Positions 1 through 9,285 of a stretch of DNA of 64,000 bases are shown piece after piece; the first letter of the stretch is position 1; each line of letters begins with the position of its first letter. This DNA is from a candidate division FCPU426 bacterium (lineage in GTDB: Bacteria > Oederibacteriota > Muellerivitia > Muellerivitales > Muellerivitaceae). Under the pieces are notes generated by a model. That model made no database searches. It was not told the origin of the DNA and saw nothing but the letters and a program-made list of their open reading frames with translations. The DNA is taken from contig CAWKAR010000050.1 of the NCBI GenBank assembly GCA_963847625.1, forward strand, positions 64,001 through 128,000. The letters are read 5' to 3'. The position numbers and the translations under genes were made by a program.

Positions 1-392
1 TGTTTCATTAGGTATCTATTAAAGATAACTGGGCATGCCATTTTGTCATTATGAGATTTATATGAAAAAATGGCGCGGAATCTTTGGGGTCGCAGGCTGC
101 TTGGTGGGCCTATTATTACTTTTTCAGCCGCCTGCTAAATCCAAGCCATTTTATGACCGACTTGGGGTAAAAATCCCTTTGAATTTTTGTTGTTTTCCTG
201 TCCCGCTTTTTGAAAAAAACAACCGATTGCAATGATTTTCATCTTATTTACTGCGAAAAGCGTATTGAACCGGATGATTTTGTAGAGTGAGTTAAAATGA
301 ATGTAACCTTAGTGTTTTCAAGAAACTTATCTATAAAAGATTCAAGTATGAGCGATAAAATATAAAAATCTACGCCACACTGAGAGTAGCCA

Positions 393-3300
393 GTGACACA
401 CTTTATCGCTGTTGAAATCGTTCTCCCAACCCTTTTTGAGGATTTGGGAAATCCCGATATCGAGCCGGTCCTGGCTACGCAGTATTACCTCCTCGAACAA
501 AAATTCCAGGCCCATTCGGTCATCCACATGAAGCGCACGCCCCGGGGCATCCTGGCGGTTTTCGAGGGTACCGACCCCCTGCCCTGCCTATTGGAAATCC
601 AGTCCGAGTTCTTGAAATTCGTCTGGAAAAATTACGGTAAAGGTTCGCTCCAAATCGCCGTCCACACCGAGAAGCAGGGCCAATGGTGGGACGATTTCCG
701 GGGCCCTGAATTCGACCACGTGTCCGCGCTTTTAGCGGCTTCCCGCCATGGGCAGATCCTCCTCACCGAGGAAGCGGCTTCCCACCTGGCCCCGGCCCCG
801 AATTACTTATTCAAGGACTTGGGCGTTCATTTGTTAAACGACCTTTTAGCGCCGAAAACCGTTTTTTCCCTCCGCCCCGCGGGATCGGCGGTCTCCGAGG
901 AGTTGGCTCCCCGGTCCCTAAGAAGCTATCCCCAAAACCTCCCTCCCCAGGCGACTCCTTTCTTCGGCCGGGAAGAAGAGCTGGTGGAGATTACCGCGAA
1001 CCTGTTGAACCCCGCCACCCGCCTGGTGACCTTGGCGGGACCCGGGGGTTTCGGAAAAACCCGCCTGGGATTGAAAGTGGCCTCCCAAGTCGTTGCGCAT
1101 TTTCCGAACGGGGTGTATTTCGTCCCGCTGGCCCAGTTGAGCACGGACGTTCACATGGTGACGAACCTCGCCCACGCCGTCGGATTCCACTTCACCGGCA
1201 CGGAAGATTCCCAAAGGCAGTTGTTCCAGTTCCTCGCGGCCAAAAAAATGCTGATCCTTCTGGACAACTTCGAGCACATTTTGGAAGGAGCGGGCGTGGT
1301 CAAGGCCCTCCTGGCGGCGGCGCCGGGGGTGAAGGTCCTGGTGACCAGCCGGGAAAAGCTCCGGCTGGAGGATGAGATCGTCATCGAGGTGAAGGGGCTT
1401 TCCTACCCGGAGGAGAGTTACGGGGAACAAGCCGCCTCTTTCAGCGCTGTCCGACTTTTCCTTCGAAGCGCGAAGGCTTTCGCGGCGCCCGCCTTCAATC
1501 CCTCCCCGGAGGATTTGGCCCAAGTGGGGCGCGTCTGCCGTTTCCTGGAGGGGATGCCCCTGGGGATCGAGCTGGCCTCGGTGTGGGTCAAGTCCCTCTC
1601 GGTGTCCGAGATCGCGGATAAGATCTCCGCCAACCGGGATTTCGTGGCGGCGGAAATGCCCTTCCTGCCCGCCCGGCACCAGAGCCTGAGGGCGGTTTTT
1701 GAGTATTCCTGGGTCCTTCTTTCCGGGGTCCAAAAAAGGGCCTTGAAAACGGCCGCGGCGTTCAAGGGGGGGGTCACGCTGGAGGCGGCCGGCCAAGTGG
1801 GCGCCGTTCCCCTCTCGGTTTGGCCCCAGTTGGTGGAAAAAAATCTCGTGAGCGAGAAGTCCAAGGACTTTTTCGAATTGCACGACCTCGTGAAATATTA
1901 CGCCAAGGAAAAGCTCTTCGAGGATCCCGTGGAGAAGGAAAGGGTCCTGGACGCCCATTGCGCCTACCTGGCCAAAGTGCTCCGGCAGAAGGAAAAGGAA
2001 CTTCAAGGCCCCCAGCAGGGAAAGACGCTGGAATACCTGGTGGGGCAGATGGGGAACATCCGTGACGGCTGGAGAAGGGCCGTGGAAAATGGGCGGGAAA
2101 GCCAAATAGAGGATTACCTGGACTGCCTGTTCAACATCTACCAGTACAAGGGATGGACCCAGGAAGGCGCGGAAGTTTTCGAGCAGGCGGGCAAGTCACT
2201 GGGGGAAAAGGCCGGGGGCCGCGTCCGGGGAAAAACCGCCCTGCTCCTGGGAAAGATCTACTCCCGGTGGGCGTCCCTCCTCCAGCAAATGGAAAAGTGG
2301 GAAGAAGCCGTGCGGATTTTCAAGGAAAGCCTCAGGCTCTTGAAGCCCGCTAAAAACCTGAAGCAGGAGGGGTTTTGCTACAACGGCCTGGGGGTGGTGC
2401 TGTTCGACATGGGCCAGGGAAAGAAGGCCGGGAATTATTTCAATAAGGCCCTAGCGGCCTACCGAAAAGTCAAGGACCCTTCCGGGATCGCCCGGTTGTA
2501 CAACAACCTGGGGAACAGCGGCTTGAGGGCCGGACATTTCGCCATGGCCCGCAACCTGATCCAAAAGGCGCTTTCCTATTACGAGAGCGCGGGCGACTTG
2601 AAGGGATCGGCCGATTCCTACATGCTCCTGGGAATCATCCAACGCGAGTTGGGCATCTATCCGGAGGCCCGGGACTTATTCCAGAAGGCCCTGGGCTCCT
2701 ACGTGGAATGCGACAACCGCAGGGGTATGGCTTGGTCCTTCACGAACCTTGGGGTGGTGGCGGAAACCTCGGGGGACTTCAACGGCGCCAGGGAAATGTA
2801 CCAGGAAGGCTTCAGTCTCCATGAGGAATTGGGGGACCGCAAGGCCATGGGCTGGTCGAAGGGCCTGCTGGGCTGGGTCCATTGGTCTATCGGGGATTAC
2901 ACGGCGGCCAAGCAATACGTCCACTCGGCCCTTGACGACTTCCAGTTCGTGGGCGACATCCGGGGTCAAGCTTGGGTGCTATCGATGTTGGGAAACCTGG
3001 GGATAAGCGAGGGAGATTTCAAGGAGGCCAGGCGATGCTACAACGAGTGCCAAGCCCTTTTGAAAAAGAAGGAAGTCATTTCAGTGGATAAGGCATGGCA
3101 CCAGTACCATCTGGGGGACCTTTTGGACGCCGAGGGAAAGCCCGAGGAGGCCTATCCCTATCTCAAGACGTCCCTGGCAGGGTTTCGAGCCATCGGCAAG
3201 AACACGGGAATCATCACCGCACTGATCCACCTGGCGGAGATGGAATGCGAGAAGGGGATGTTGGGGAAAGCTCGGAACCGCCTGAAGGAAGCCATCGAAC

Positions 3301-3623
3301 GGGCGCTCGCCACCAACTCGAAACCCCACCTGACAGAGGCCATGGTGGTGCTCGCCCAATGGTTAATGGCGCAAGGGGTGAATTCCAACGCCTTCGCCTA
3401 CCTGAGCTTGGCCGTGAACCACCCCACCTGTCGGCGCCAGACGAAGGATAAGTCCGCGAGGTACCTGACCCACCTGCAATACCGGTTGCCGCCCGGGGAG
3501 GCGGAAAAAATATTGAGGTGGACCAAGACCGTCCAACTTGAGGAAGTCGCCCGGGGCTGGCTTTCCCAGCAGGGAAAAAGCCCGAAAGCCCGAGCGAAGA
3601 AAACCCGGAAAAGAACAGGATAA
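393..3623 (+). CDS. STAND-type (NB-ARC/MalT-like) ATPase with C-terminal TPR array and degenerate N-terminal nucleotide-cyclase-like domain
   Basis: NLPPQATPFFGREEEL, Walker A GPGGFGKT, Walker B LILLDNFEH, VTSRE and GMPLGIELA motifs; about 10 TPR-like repeats; N-terminus has cyclase-fold remnants (GQILLTEE, DLGVHLL). Confidence 0.85.
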   Translation: MTHFIAVEIVLPTLFEDLGNPDIEPVLATQYYLLEQKFQAHSVIHMKRTPRGILAVFEGTDPLPCLLEIQSEFLKFVWKNYGKGSLQIAVHTEKQGQWWDDFRGPEFDHVSALLAASRHGQILLTEEAASHLAPAPNYLFKDLGVHLLNDLLAPKTVFSLRPAGSAVSEELAPRSLRSYPQNLPPQATPFFGREEELVEITANLLNPATRLVTLAGPGGFGKTRLGLKVASQVVAHFPNGVYFVPLAQLSTDVHMVTNLAHAVGFHFTGTEDSQRQLFQFLAAKKMLILLDNFEHILEGAGVVKALLAAAPGVKVLVTSREKLRLEDEIVIEVKGLSYPEESYGEQAASFSAVRLFLRSAKAFAAPAFNPSPEDLAQVGRVCRFLEGMPLGIELASVWVKSLSVSEIADKISANRDFVAAEMPFLPARHQSLRAVFEYSWVLLSGVQKRALKTAAAFKGGVTLEAAGQVGAVPLSVWPQLVEKNLVSEKSKDFFELHDLVKYYAKEKLFEDPVEKERVLDAHCAYLAKVLRQKEKELQGPQQGKTLEYLVGQMGNIRDGWRRAVENGRESQIEDYLDCLFNIYQYKGWTQEGAEVFEQAGKSLGEKAGGRVRGKTALLLGKIYSRWASLLQQMEKWEEAVRIFKESLRLLKPAKNLKQEGFCYNGLGVVLFDMGQGKKAGNYFNKALAAYRKVKDPSGIARLYNNLGNSGLRAGHFAMARNLIQKALSYYESAGDLKGSADSYMLLGIIQRELGIYPEARDLFQKALGSYVECDNRRGMAWSFTNLGVVAETSGDFNGAREMYQEGFSLHEELGDRKAMGWSKGLLGWVHWSIGDYTAAKQYVHSALDDFQFVGDIRGQAWVLSMLGNLGISEGDFKEARRCYNECQALLKKKEVISVDKAWHQYHLGDLLDAEGKPEEAYPYLKTSLAGFRAIGKNTGIITALIHLAEMECEKGMLGKARNRLKEAIERALATNSKPHLTEAMVVLAQWLMAQGVNSNAFAYLSLAVNHPTCRRQTKDKSARYLTHLQYRLPPGEAEKILRWTKTVQLEEVARGWLSQQGKSPKARAKKTRKRTG

Positions 3624-3685
3624 AATTGAGGGGGTCGGTTTTCCTTTTAAGGACCCGACTTTGCCAAATCGCGGGTTGCCTCACG

Positions 3686-3777
3686 TTTCCCCCTCTGAAA
3701 GAGGGGGAAAAAGGGGGAGTTAGTCTTTCCGTACCGTTCTGACAACGACTAATACCCCCCTTCCCCCCTTTTTCAAA
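3686..3777. repeat. GC-rich REP-like palindromes (CCCCCTCTGAAAGAGGGGG and TTCCCCCCTTTTTCAAA/GGGGGGAA, the second split by the IS)
   Basis: Inverted repeats visible directly; the second hairpin is completed at 5752-5759 after removing the IS. Confidence 0.65.
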
Positions 3778-3892
3778 GGGACTTATATACTTAAGTCCGT
3801 TTTTTCTTTTTTCCCTTATTTCGTGGTTTATGTGGCCCATAGGCAAAAATCCGATTTAAAAGAATATTTATTTTTTCTTTTGCCTTTGCCAT

Positions 3893-4810
3893 TCAAACCA
3901 CCTCTGTTAATTTTTTGTAAGTAAGCCTTTTTCCAATCGAAGCATCAATAAGACTTGTCAAACGCTCTTGGGTTGTGCGGGTTACGTTTCCATCATTCAA
4001 ACGGAAAGTGAATTCATTGACATAACGGGCTAAATGTTTCTTTTCCACCCGACCATGATAAACCCCGTTCAAACCTCTCTTTAAAATCGCCCAAACACTC
4101 TCAACTCCGTTAGTGGTTACATCACCACGGACATATTCTTCTTTGCTATGAGTTACAAATTCATGTTTGTATTCAGGCATTTCTTTATAGGCTGTTGCTT
4201 CATCCGTAAAAATTTCGGAACCCGATTCAACATTTTCGCGAACGGCTTCTTTGATAGTTGGAATCTTAACGTTGTTTAATGGTTCAGCGATAACCAAGCC
4301 GTCATCTTCTCGCATTCCTATAACCGGAACCTTTCCACGAGTACCACGACCGCCTATTCTTTTATTTGCGTGTTTGTTTTTTTCTTTACCACCCACATAA
4401 GTTTCGTCAATTTCAATAACGCCATTCAGCTTTCCCAAATCTTGCCCGCAAGCTTCCCGAATACGCCCAAGCATGAACCAAGCCGACTTTTGAGTAACCC
4501 CGATCTCTTTTGAAAGTTGCATACTAGATATTCCTTTACGTGCTGTTACCAAAAGGTACATGGCATATAACCACTTGTGAAGAGGTATATGGCTTCTCTC
4601 GAAAATGGTTCCAGTTCGTACCGTAAAGTCCAGGATGCAAACATTACAGCAATAAAATTCAGGTTTGCGGTTGCCGATTCTCTTGGTTTCTCCGCAAAAC
4701 GGGCAAACTGGGCCATTGGGCCAACGAAGTTTTTCAATGTGTTGCCTTGCGGATTCTGCATCCGGAAACATTGAGAAGAGTTGGAATGTGCTAATCGCTG
4801 TGTTTTTCAT
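3893..4810 (-). CDS. IS1595-family DDE transposase
   Basis: N-terminal Zn ribbon (WPNGPVCPFC...CNVC), HTH (KGISSMQLSKEIGVTQKSAWFM), EIDETY, FTDE, TNGVESVWAILKR, YVNEFTFR. Confidence 0.95.
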   Translation of the reverse strand: MKNTAISTFQLFSMFPDAESARQHIEKLRWPNGPVCPFCGETKRIGNRKPEFYCCNVCILDFTVRTGTIFERSHIPLHKWLYAMYLLVTARKGISSMQLSKEIGVTQKSAWFMLGRIREACGQDLGKLNGVIEIDETYVGGKEKNKHANKRIGGRGTRGKVPVIGMREDDGLVIAEPLNNVKIPTIKEAVRENVESGSEIFTDEATAYKEMPEYKHEFVTHSKEEYVRGDVTTNGVESVWAILKRGLNGVYHGRVEKKHLARYVNEFTFRLNDGNVTRTTQERLTSLIDASIGKRLTYKKLTEVV

Positions 4811-4843
4811 TGTTTTGCCTCCCTAAAATCATCTACTAAAGGC

Positions 4844-4878
4844 ATTATACTTGACTCCGGATACGGAGTCAAGTATCT
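4844..4878. promoter_or_regulatory. Palindromic sigma70 promoter/operator between transposase and passenger gene
   Basis: 13-bp perfect IR ATACTTGACTCCG-gata-CGGAGTCAAGTAT; minus strand reads TTGACT-N17-TATAAT; plus strand reads TTGACT-N17-TATCTA. Confidence 0.75.
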
Positions 4879-4931
4879 AATGTATTTTTGTGTTATAATA
4901 AACCCAATAAATCCATAAGGATACCAACCCC

Positions 4932-5693
4932 ATGGCCGATACTAATAAAACCCAAGACCAAAATAAGGATGAGGAGAAACCAAAACAAGATGGGAATATA
5001 AGGGGAATCGACTATATAAAGAGCGAAATAGAAAAGCATCATGCCAGCAAAGAAGAAGAAAGTTCCATAGATAAATCGGCAAGGAGAACAATGTTTGCAA
5101 GTTGGGCAATGGTTATTTTGGCCGCTGTTTCGATTTATGTGAATTGGAAAACATTGAGAGTTTTGAACAACCAATATGAAACTATGAAAGGGCAATTGGA
5201 AATAGCTAGTAAACAAATTTTTGAAATGCAGTCCGAACAACGAATAGACCAAAGAGCTTGGATGGCATCTTCCGGGGTTAAACCGCATTGGAATGGTGAT
5301 GATCCTGATGATTTTGAGATATCCATTATAAACACAGGCAAAACACCAGCTTTGGGATGTGTTGTGGTTACAGGAACATGCGAATTTTTGAAAGATGTGA
5401 ATAACTTTTTCGATCATCCGCGCATTGCTAACCCAGAAAGCCAAGCCTATGGAATGATTTCTCCAGGAAATAATGTTCGGAGTGGTGCGGGTCCAATATT
5501 TCCTGATGTAATAAAAAGGGTTCGGGATGGTAGTAATGGCGGGAATTTTTATGTTTGTGGATGGATTGCCTATAGCGATATCTATAAAGTTAAACATCGA
5601 ACCGAATTTTGTTATGGGGCTAGTCCCAAATCCAATTTCTCTATCTTTAGTATGCAAGGGAAACACAATCGAACAATAGATATAAATAAATAG
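4932..5693 (+). CDS. IS passenger: hypothetical single-pass membrane protein
   Basis: 253 aa, AAGGA upstream, one TM segment (MFASWAMVILAAVSIYVNW) followed by a coiled-coil-like stretch; lies inside the TIRs. Confidence 0.75.
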   Translation: MADTNKTQDQNKDEEKPKQDGNIRGIDYIKSEIEKHHASKEEESSIDKSARRTMFASWAMVILAAVSIYVNWKTLRVLNNQYETMKGQLEIASKQIFEMQSEQRIDQRAWMASSGVKPHWNGDDPDDFEISIINTGKTPALGCVVVTGTCEFLKDVNNFFDHPRIANPESQAYGMISPGNNVRSGAGPIFPDVIKRVRDGSNGGNFYVCGWIAYSDIYKVKHRTEFCYGASPKSNFSIFSMQGKHNRTIDINK

Positions 5694-5801
5694 AATGAGG
5701 AATTTCAAATTCCCCTCTTTCCGGACTTAAGTATGTAAGTCCCTTTTCAAAGGGGGGAATCATCACAAGCGATATGCTTTTTGAAATTTGCCAAAATTGA
5801 G

Positions 5802-6818
5802 TTAAGGTTTCCATTTCGCCAGGAGGCCCAACGCGACCAGGAGAAGCACGAAGGCCGCGGCCCCCTTGCGGTCCCCTTCCAGGGAGCCTCCCGTCATGGC
5901 CTGGAGGACCCCGACTAGGGCGATGACGACCAAAAGCATGCCGCCTCCCCAGTAAGCCATCCCGATGGCGGCGGCGACCACCGCCCAGCGTTCCAGGTCG
6001 TCCAGGCTGGACATGCCCCGGCCCCCATCCAGGGGTGATATGGGGATCAGGTTGAAAAGGTTGATCCAAGCGTTGGTGGAAACCAGCGCGGCCAGGATGG
6101 GAAAGGGCCAAAAGAACCAAGTCCCCAGCAGGGCCAGGGTGGCGGCCAGGCCCGCCGCCGGGCCGGCCAATCCGATGCGGGAATCCTCCACGGCGGAGGC
6201 GGGCCTTTGGGTCAAGCGGATCAAGGCGCCCAGCCCCGGGATGAAGACCGGCAAACTCGTCTTGAACCCGTAACGCCTCAAGGCCGCCACGTGGCCCAAC
6301 TCATGGATATAGATGGCTCCCATCAACCCGGCCGCGAAGGCCCATCCCCAGGTGGCCCAATAAACCCCGAAACTTCCCAAAAGGCCCAGCATGGGCAACC
6401 CGCCCTTGAAACCCAGCATTAGAAGTTTGGCCTTGGAGAGCACCAATACCAGCGCGGCCTTGAACTTCAAGAACAGGGCGCCGATACCGGCCAGCGCCGC
6501 CCCCAGGTTTTTGGGTTTCAGGGATTTTTCCTTGGGCCGGGACAGGGTCTTGGCGCCGCCGCCCTTGTCGATCCGGGCGGAGAGGTCCCTTAATTTCTCC
6601 TGCAAATGGCCGCGCTGGAGGCTGTCCGCCGGCAAAAGTTCCACCGCCTGGCGCAGGGCATCCGCGGCCTGGGATAAATCGCCCGCGGTTTCACATTCAA
6701 GGCTGAGGCTCCAAAGCTGCTTGAGCTTGTCCCGGTGGGTCAAGGTGCCGCAGGAAGGGCAAGCCAGCAGGGAAGGCGGGTATTGGGAAGAACATTGGGG
6801 GCAGGTGTTGGCGTCCAT
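5802..6818 (-). CDS. Site-2 protease (M50 family) with N-terminal zinc ribbon
   Basis: HELGH and NLFNLIPISPLDGGR motifs, LAGP motif, CPQC/CPSC; ATG at 6818 overlaps the upstream stop (TGATG). Confidence 0.9.
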   Translation of the reverse strand: MDANTCPQCSSQYPPSLLACPSCGTLTHRDKLKQLWSLSLECETAGDLSQAADALRQAVELLPADSLQRGHLQEKLRDLSARIDKGGGAKTLSRPKEKSLKPKNLGAALAGIGALFLKFKAALVLVLSKAKLLMLGFKGGLPMLGLLGSFGVYWATWGWAFAAGLMGAIYIHELGHVAALRRYGFKTSLPVFIPGLGALIRLTQRPASAVEDSRIGLAGPAAGLAATLALLGTWFFWPFPILAALVSTNAWINLFNLIPISPLDGGRGMSSLDDLERWAVVAAAIGMAYWGGGMLLVVIALVGVLQAMTGGSLEGDRKGAAAFVLLLVALGLLAKWKP

Positions 6819-9001
6819 CAGGAGGGGACTTGGGGAGGAATGGCGGACGGGGCTTCCGAACCCGGTGAAGCCGGATTCCCCAAGTGGAAGGGCCCCTTCA
6901 ACAGGAAGGGCTGGCGTTTGTTCATCCGCCAGGCTTCCCAAAGGCCGAAACAAAAGAGCGCTCCCGTGATGGCGGAATTCTGGAAGGCCAGGACAAAGGC
7001 GTAGACTAAACACACCAGGATGCCCAGGATGAGAATTAAAATCCTCACGAGGATGCTTTTGTCCCCTTTCGACATGGCTTGGATTAACCAGGTATCCCAA
7101 CCCAGGGAAGAACGCGCTTGGACTTTTGGCTTCGGCCGGGGGTTGAACTGATAAATAGTTTGAGCGCCGTTGGGGCCCGCTAAGGTGATGATATCGGCCT
7201 TCGGCCCGTTCAAAGGCGCGGTCGCGTTCGCGGAAACAGGCGCGTTCGGGGTTTCAACCCTGCCGGCGAGTGCCGGGGTTTGGGCTTCCTTTGTTGAAAG
7301 GGAGGATGATGGAAGCGGGGTTTTTACCCGCGAATGAACGGGAATTTCCATTTGCTTTGAAACACCCTGCTGGGAAGCGATGGAGGGCTGGGGGGTGGCC
7401 AGCGGGGTGCCCGCCGCCGAGGGGGTTTGCGGCGCCCCCATTGAGGCGGCCGGTTTTTTAAAATTACTGTTTTTCATGATTGAACGGGTTTGGGCGAGGA
7501 CGACCCCGATTATAACGGCCGAGATGACGACATAAGTGATGCCGACCGCGATCGTTTGGTAGACCCAGCCCCCCTGCCGGTGCGCCCCCTTGCGGACGCC
7601 TCCTCCCACTAGCCATCCCACCAACAGGGTCAATAAGCCGAAGATTTTGTCCGTCGCCAGGGTCACCCAAAGGAAAAGCCCGCCGGCCACCAGCCCCCCC
7701 AGGCCACCCAACAGAATGGCCATGAGAATGTTCTTGATACCGCCGCTTTTCCCGCGCAGGTCCTCGCCGGCCTTCTTGCAAACGGGGCAGACGGTGAAAT
7801 GATTGAGCTCCCAGTATTCCCCCTGGATGGGTTTGCCGCAGGCCCGGCATTTCAGGGGGGCGGCGGTTCCGCGGAAAACCGCCTTGTCGAAGTCCAGCTC
7901 CACCGGCGCGGCGGGGGCCAGGCGGGAATTCAGGATCTGGACGAATTTCTCGGGATCGGGGCAGAGCGACCGCTCGGGGATCCAAAAGTCGATTCCCTTG
8001 GAGGTCTTCCACTGTTCCTGCTTGCGTATTACCAGCTTTTTTTCGTTTTCCGCGCCGTCCAGGGTGGCCAGCCAGGGGCCCGTCTGGAACAGTTTCAAAC
8101 CGACACCCTTTCCGCGCACGTGTTTGACTTCCTGGATGTCCGCGTAGCTGACGCGGGATTCCACGCCCACCCCCGTGCGGCCGTCCTGGAGGGTCAATTC
8201 CCGGGGGCCCAGGATCAGGCGCAGGCGCGAGGAACGCACTTGGGAAAGGACGGCGGTTGCCAGGACACCGACGAGAACACTGACCATGAGGCCATGGTTG
8301 CCTTTGCCCAACAGGCCGCTCTCGGCCAGGAAAACCGCCCCGCCGACGGCCGCGAGGAAGAATAGGACCAAAACGATCGCGGCCCGGCGGAATTCAGCCT
8401 TGGAGTTCCAGGAAAAAACCTCCAGGGGTTCAGGTGCCGGGATTTGGGACAAGGATGCCCTGCGCCGCCTTGGTTCCAATTCCTCGGCGAACTCGTGGGC
8501 TTTACCCCCGATGACCTCGTTTTCGATCCAGAGGTCGGCCTGGAAACGCGCCTTGACGCGGCGGTCCTTGTTCTTCCAGCCCTCGGAGGTGGAGAGGTAG
8601 GGGCCAAAGGAGGTGAAAAAAAGGTCCGGGTCCCTCAGGGCGACCGCCACGCCCCGGCCCGGGACCTCGGTCACCACCCGGACGTTCGAGTAGTCCAGGC
8701 GGCCGCGGATTTTCTTTTTCGTCCCCAGGTAGATGTCGAAAAACTCCAAATGGCCGGAATGGAAGGTGAACCGGTAGTCCTTGTGTTGGAGCCATTGGAA
8801 AAACCGGGAAAGGCCGTAACCGAACAGGAACCCCCCAACGAAAAAAAGGAGCTCCTGGAGGATTTTTTCCTTTTCGGGATCGTAGGCGAGGAGGAGGGCG
8901 GGGATGGAGCATAGGAAGCCCCATAGGAGGTAATCGGGCTTGAGGGGTTGGGATTTGAAACTGAAAACGGGCTCAGGCGACGGGTTCATGGTGTCGTACA
9001 T
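6818..9001 (-). CDS. Hypothetical multi-pass membrane protein with duplicated TM-hairpin/PH-like module and Zn finger
   Basis: 727 aa; two similar modules (YSNVRVVTEVPGRGVAV..LWIEN / YADIQEVKHVRGKGVGL..FWIPE); CRAC...CPVC; Gly-rich TM helices; translationally coupled to the M50 gene. Confidence 0.75.
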   Translation of the reverse strand: MYDTMNPSPEPVFSFKSQPLKPDYLLWGFLCSIPALLLAYDPEKEKILQELLFFVGGFLFGYGLSRFFQWLQHKDYRFTFHSGHLEFFDIYLGTKKKIRGRLDYSNVRVVTEVPGRGVAVALRDPDLFFTSFGPYLSTSEGWKNKDRRVKARFQADLWIENEVIGGKAHEFAEELEPRRRRASLSQIPAPEPLEVFSWNSKAEFRRAAIVLVLFFLAAVGGAVFLAESGLLGKGNHGLMVSVLVGVLATAVLSQVRSSRLRLILGPRELTLQDGRTGVGVESRVSYADIQEVKHVRGKGVGLKLFQTGPWLATLDGAENEKKLVIRKQEQWKTSKGIDFWIPERSLCPDPEKFVQILNSRLAPAAPVELDFDKAVFRGTAAPLKCRACGKPIQGEYWELNHFTVCPVCKKAGEDLRGKSGGIKNILMAILLGGLGGLVAGGLFLWVTLATDKIFGLLTLLVGWLVGGGVRKGAHRQGGWVYQTIAVGITYVVISAVIIGVVLAQTRSIMKNSNFKKPAASMGAPQTPSAAGTPLATPQPSIASQQGVSKQMEIPVHSRVKTPLPSSSLSTKEAQTPALAGRVETPNAPVSANATAPLNGPKADIITLAGPNGAQTIYQFNPRPKPKVQARSSLGWDTWLIQAMSKGDKSILVRILILILGILVCLVYAFVLAFQNSAITGALFCFGLWEAWRMNKRQPFLLKGPFHLGNPASPGSEAPSAIPPQVPS

Positions 9002-9285
9002 TCCGGCTTTCCTCGCAACGTCGGGTGTGAAACGGGCTTGTATTATAAAGGCTACAAAGCCAAAAAGAGGGAGTGGGAGGAAAGACTAAGCGACAACCGG
9101 AAATAAAATTCAAATAATGCTGTTCTTTCTGGAGGGGGTTAGGAAAACCTGGACCCATAGTCCTGGATATTTTTGGTTATGTCCAGGAAGGCTCGAATTT
9201 AACCGAAATTCATAATAATAATACTATATATACATGATTATATAAGTACACTTGTATTATTATTGATATATTGTATTATATTTTC

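Larger units (their letters stand above)
3778..5743 (-). mobile_element. IS1595-family transporter IS carrying a passenger gene
   Basis: 22-bp TIRs GGGACTTA(T/C)ATACTTAAGTCCG with 1 mismatch (3778-3799; 5722-5743); 8-bp direct repeat TTTTCAAA at 3770-3777 and 5744-5751; AT-rich. Confidence 0.93.

Noticed and set aside
918..2105. Long overlapping antisense ORFs (also 9436-10734, 32306-33679, 56069-57166, 57852-58910, 62848-63789)
   Set aside because: Typical GC-rich shadows of clear genes on the other strand, with no recognisable motifs
4893..5708. 271-aa minus-strand ORF inside IS1595
   Set aside because: Antisense shadow of 4932-5693, which has an RBS and a more protein-like organisation
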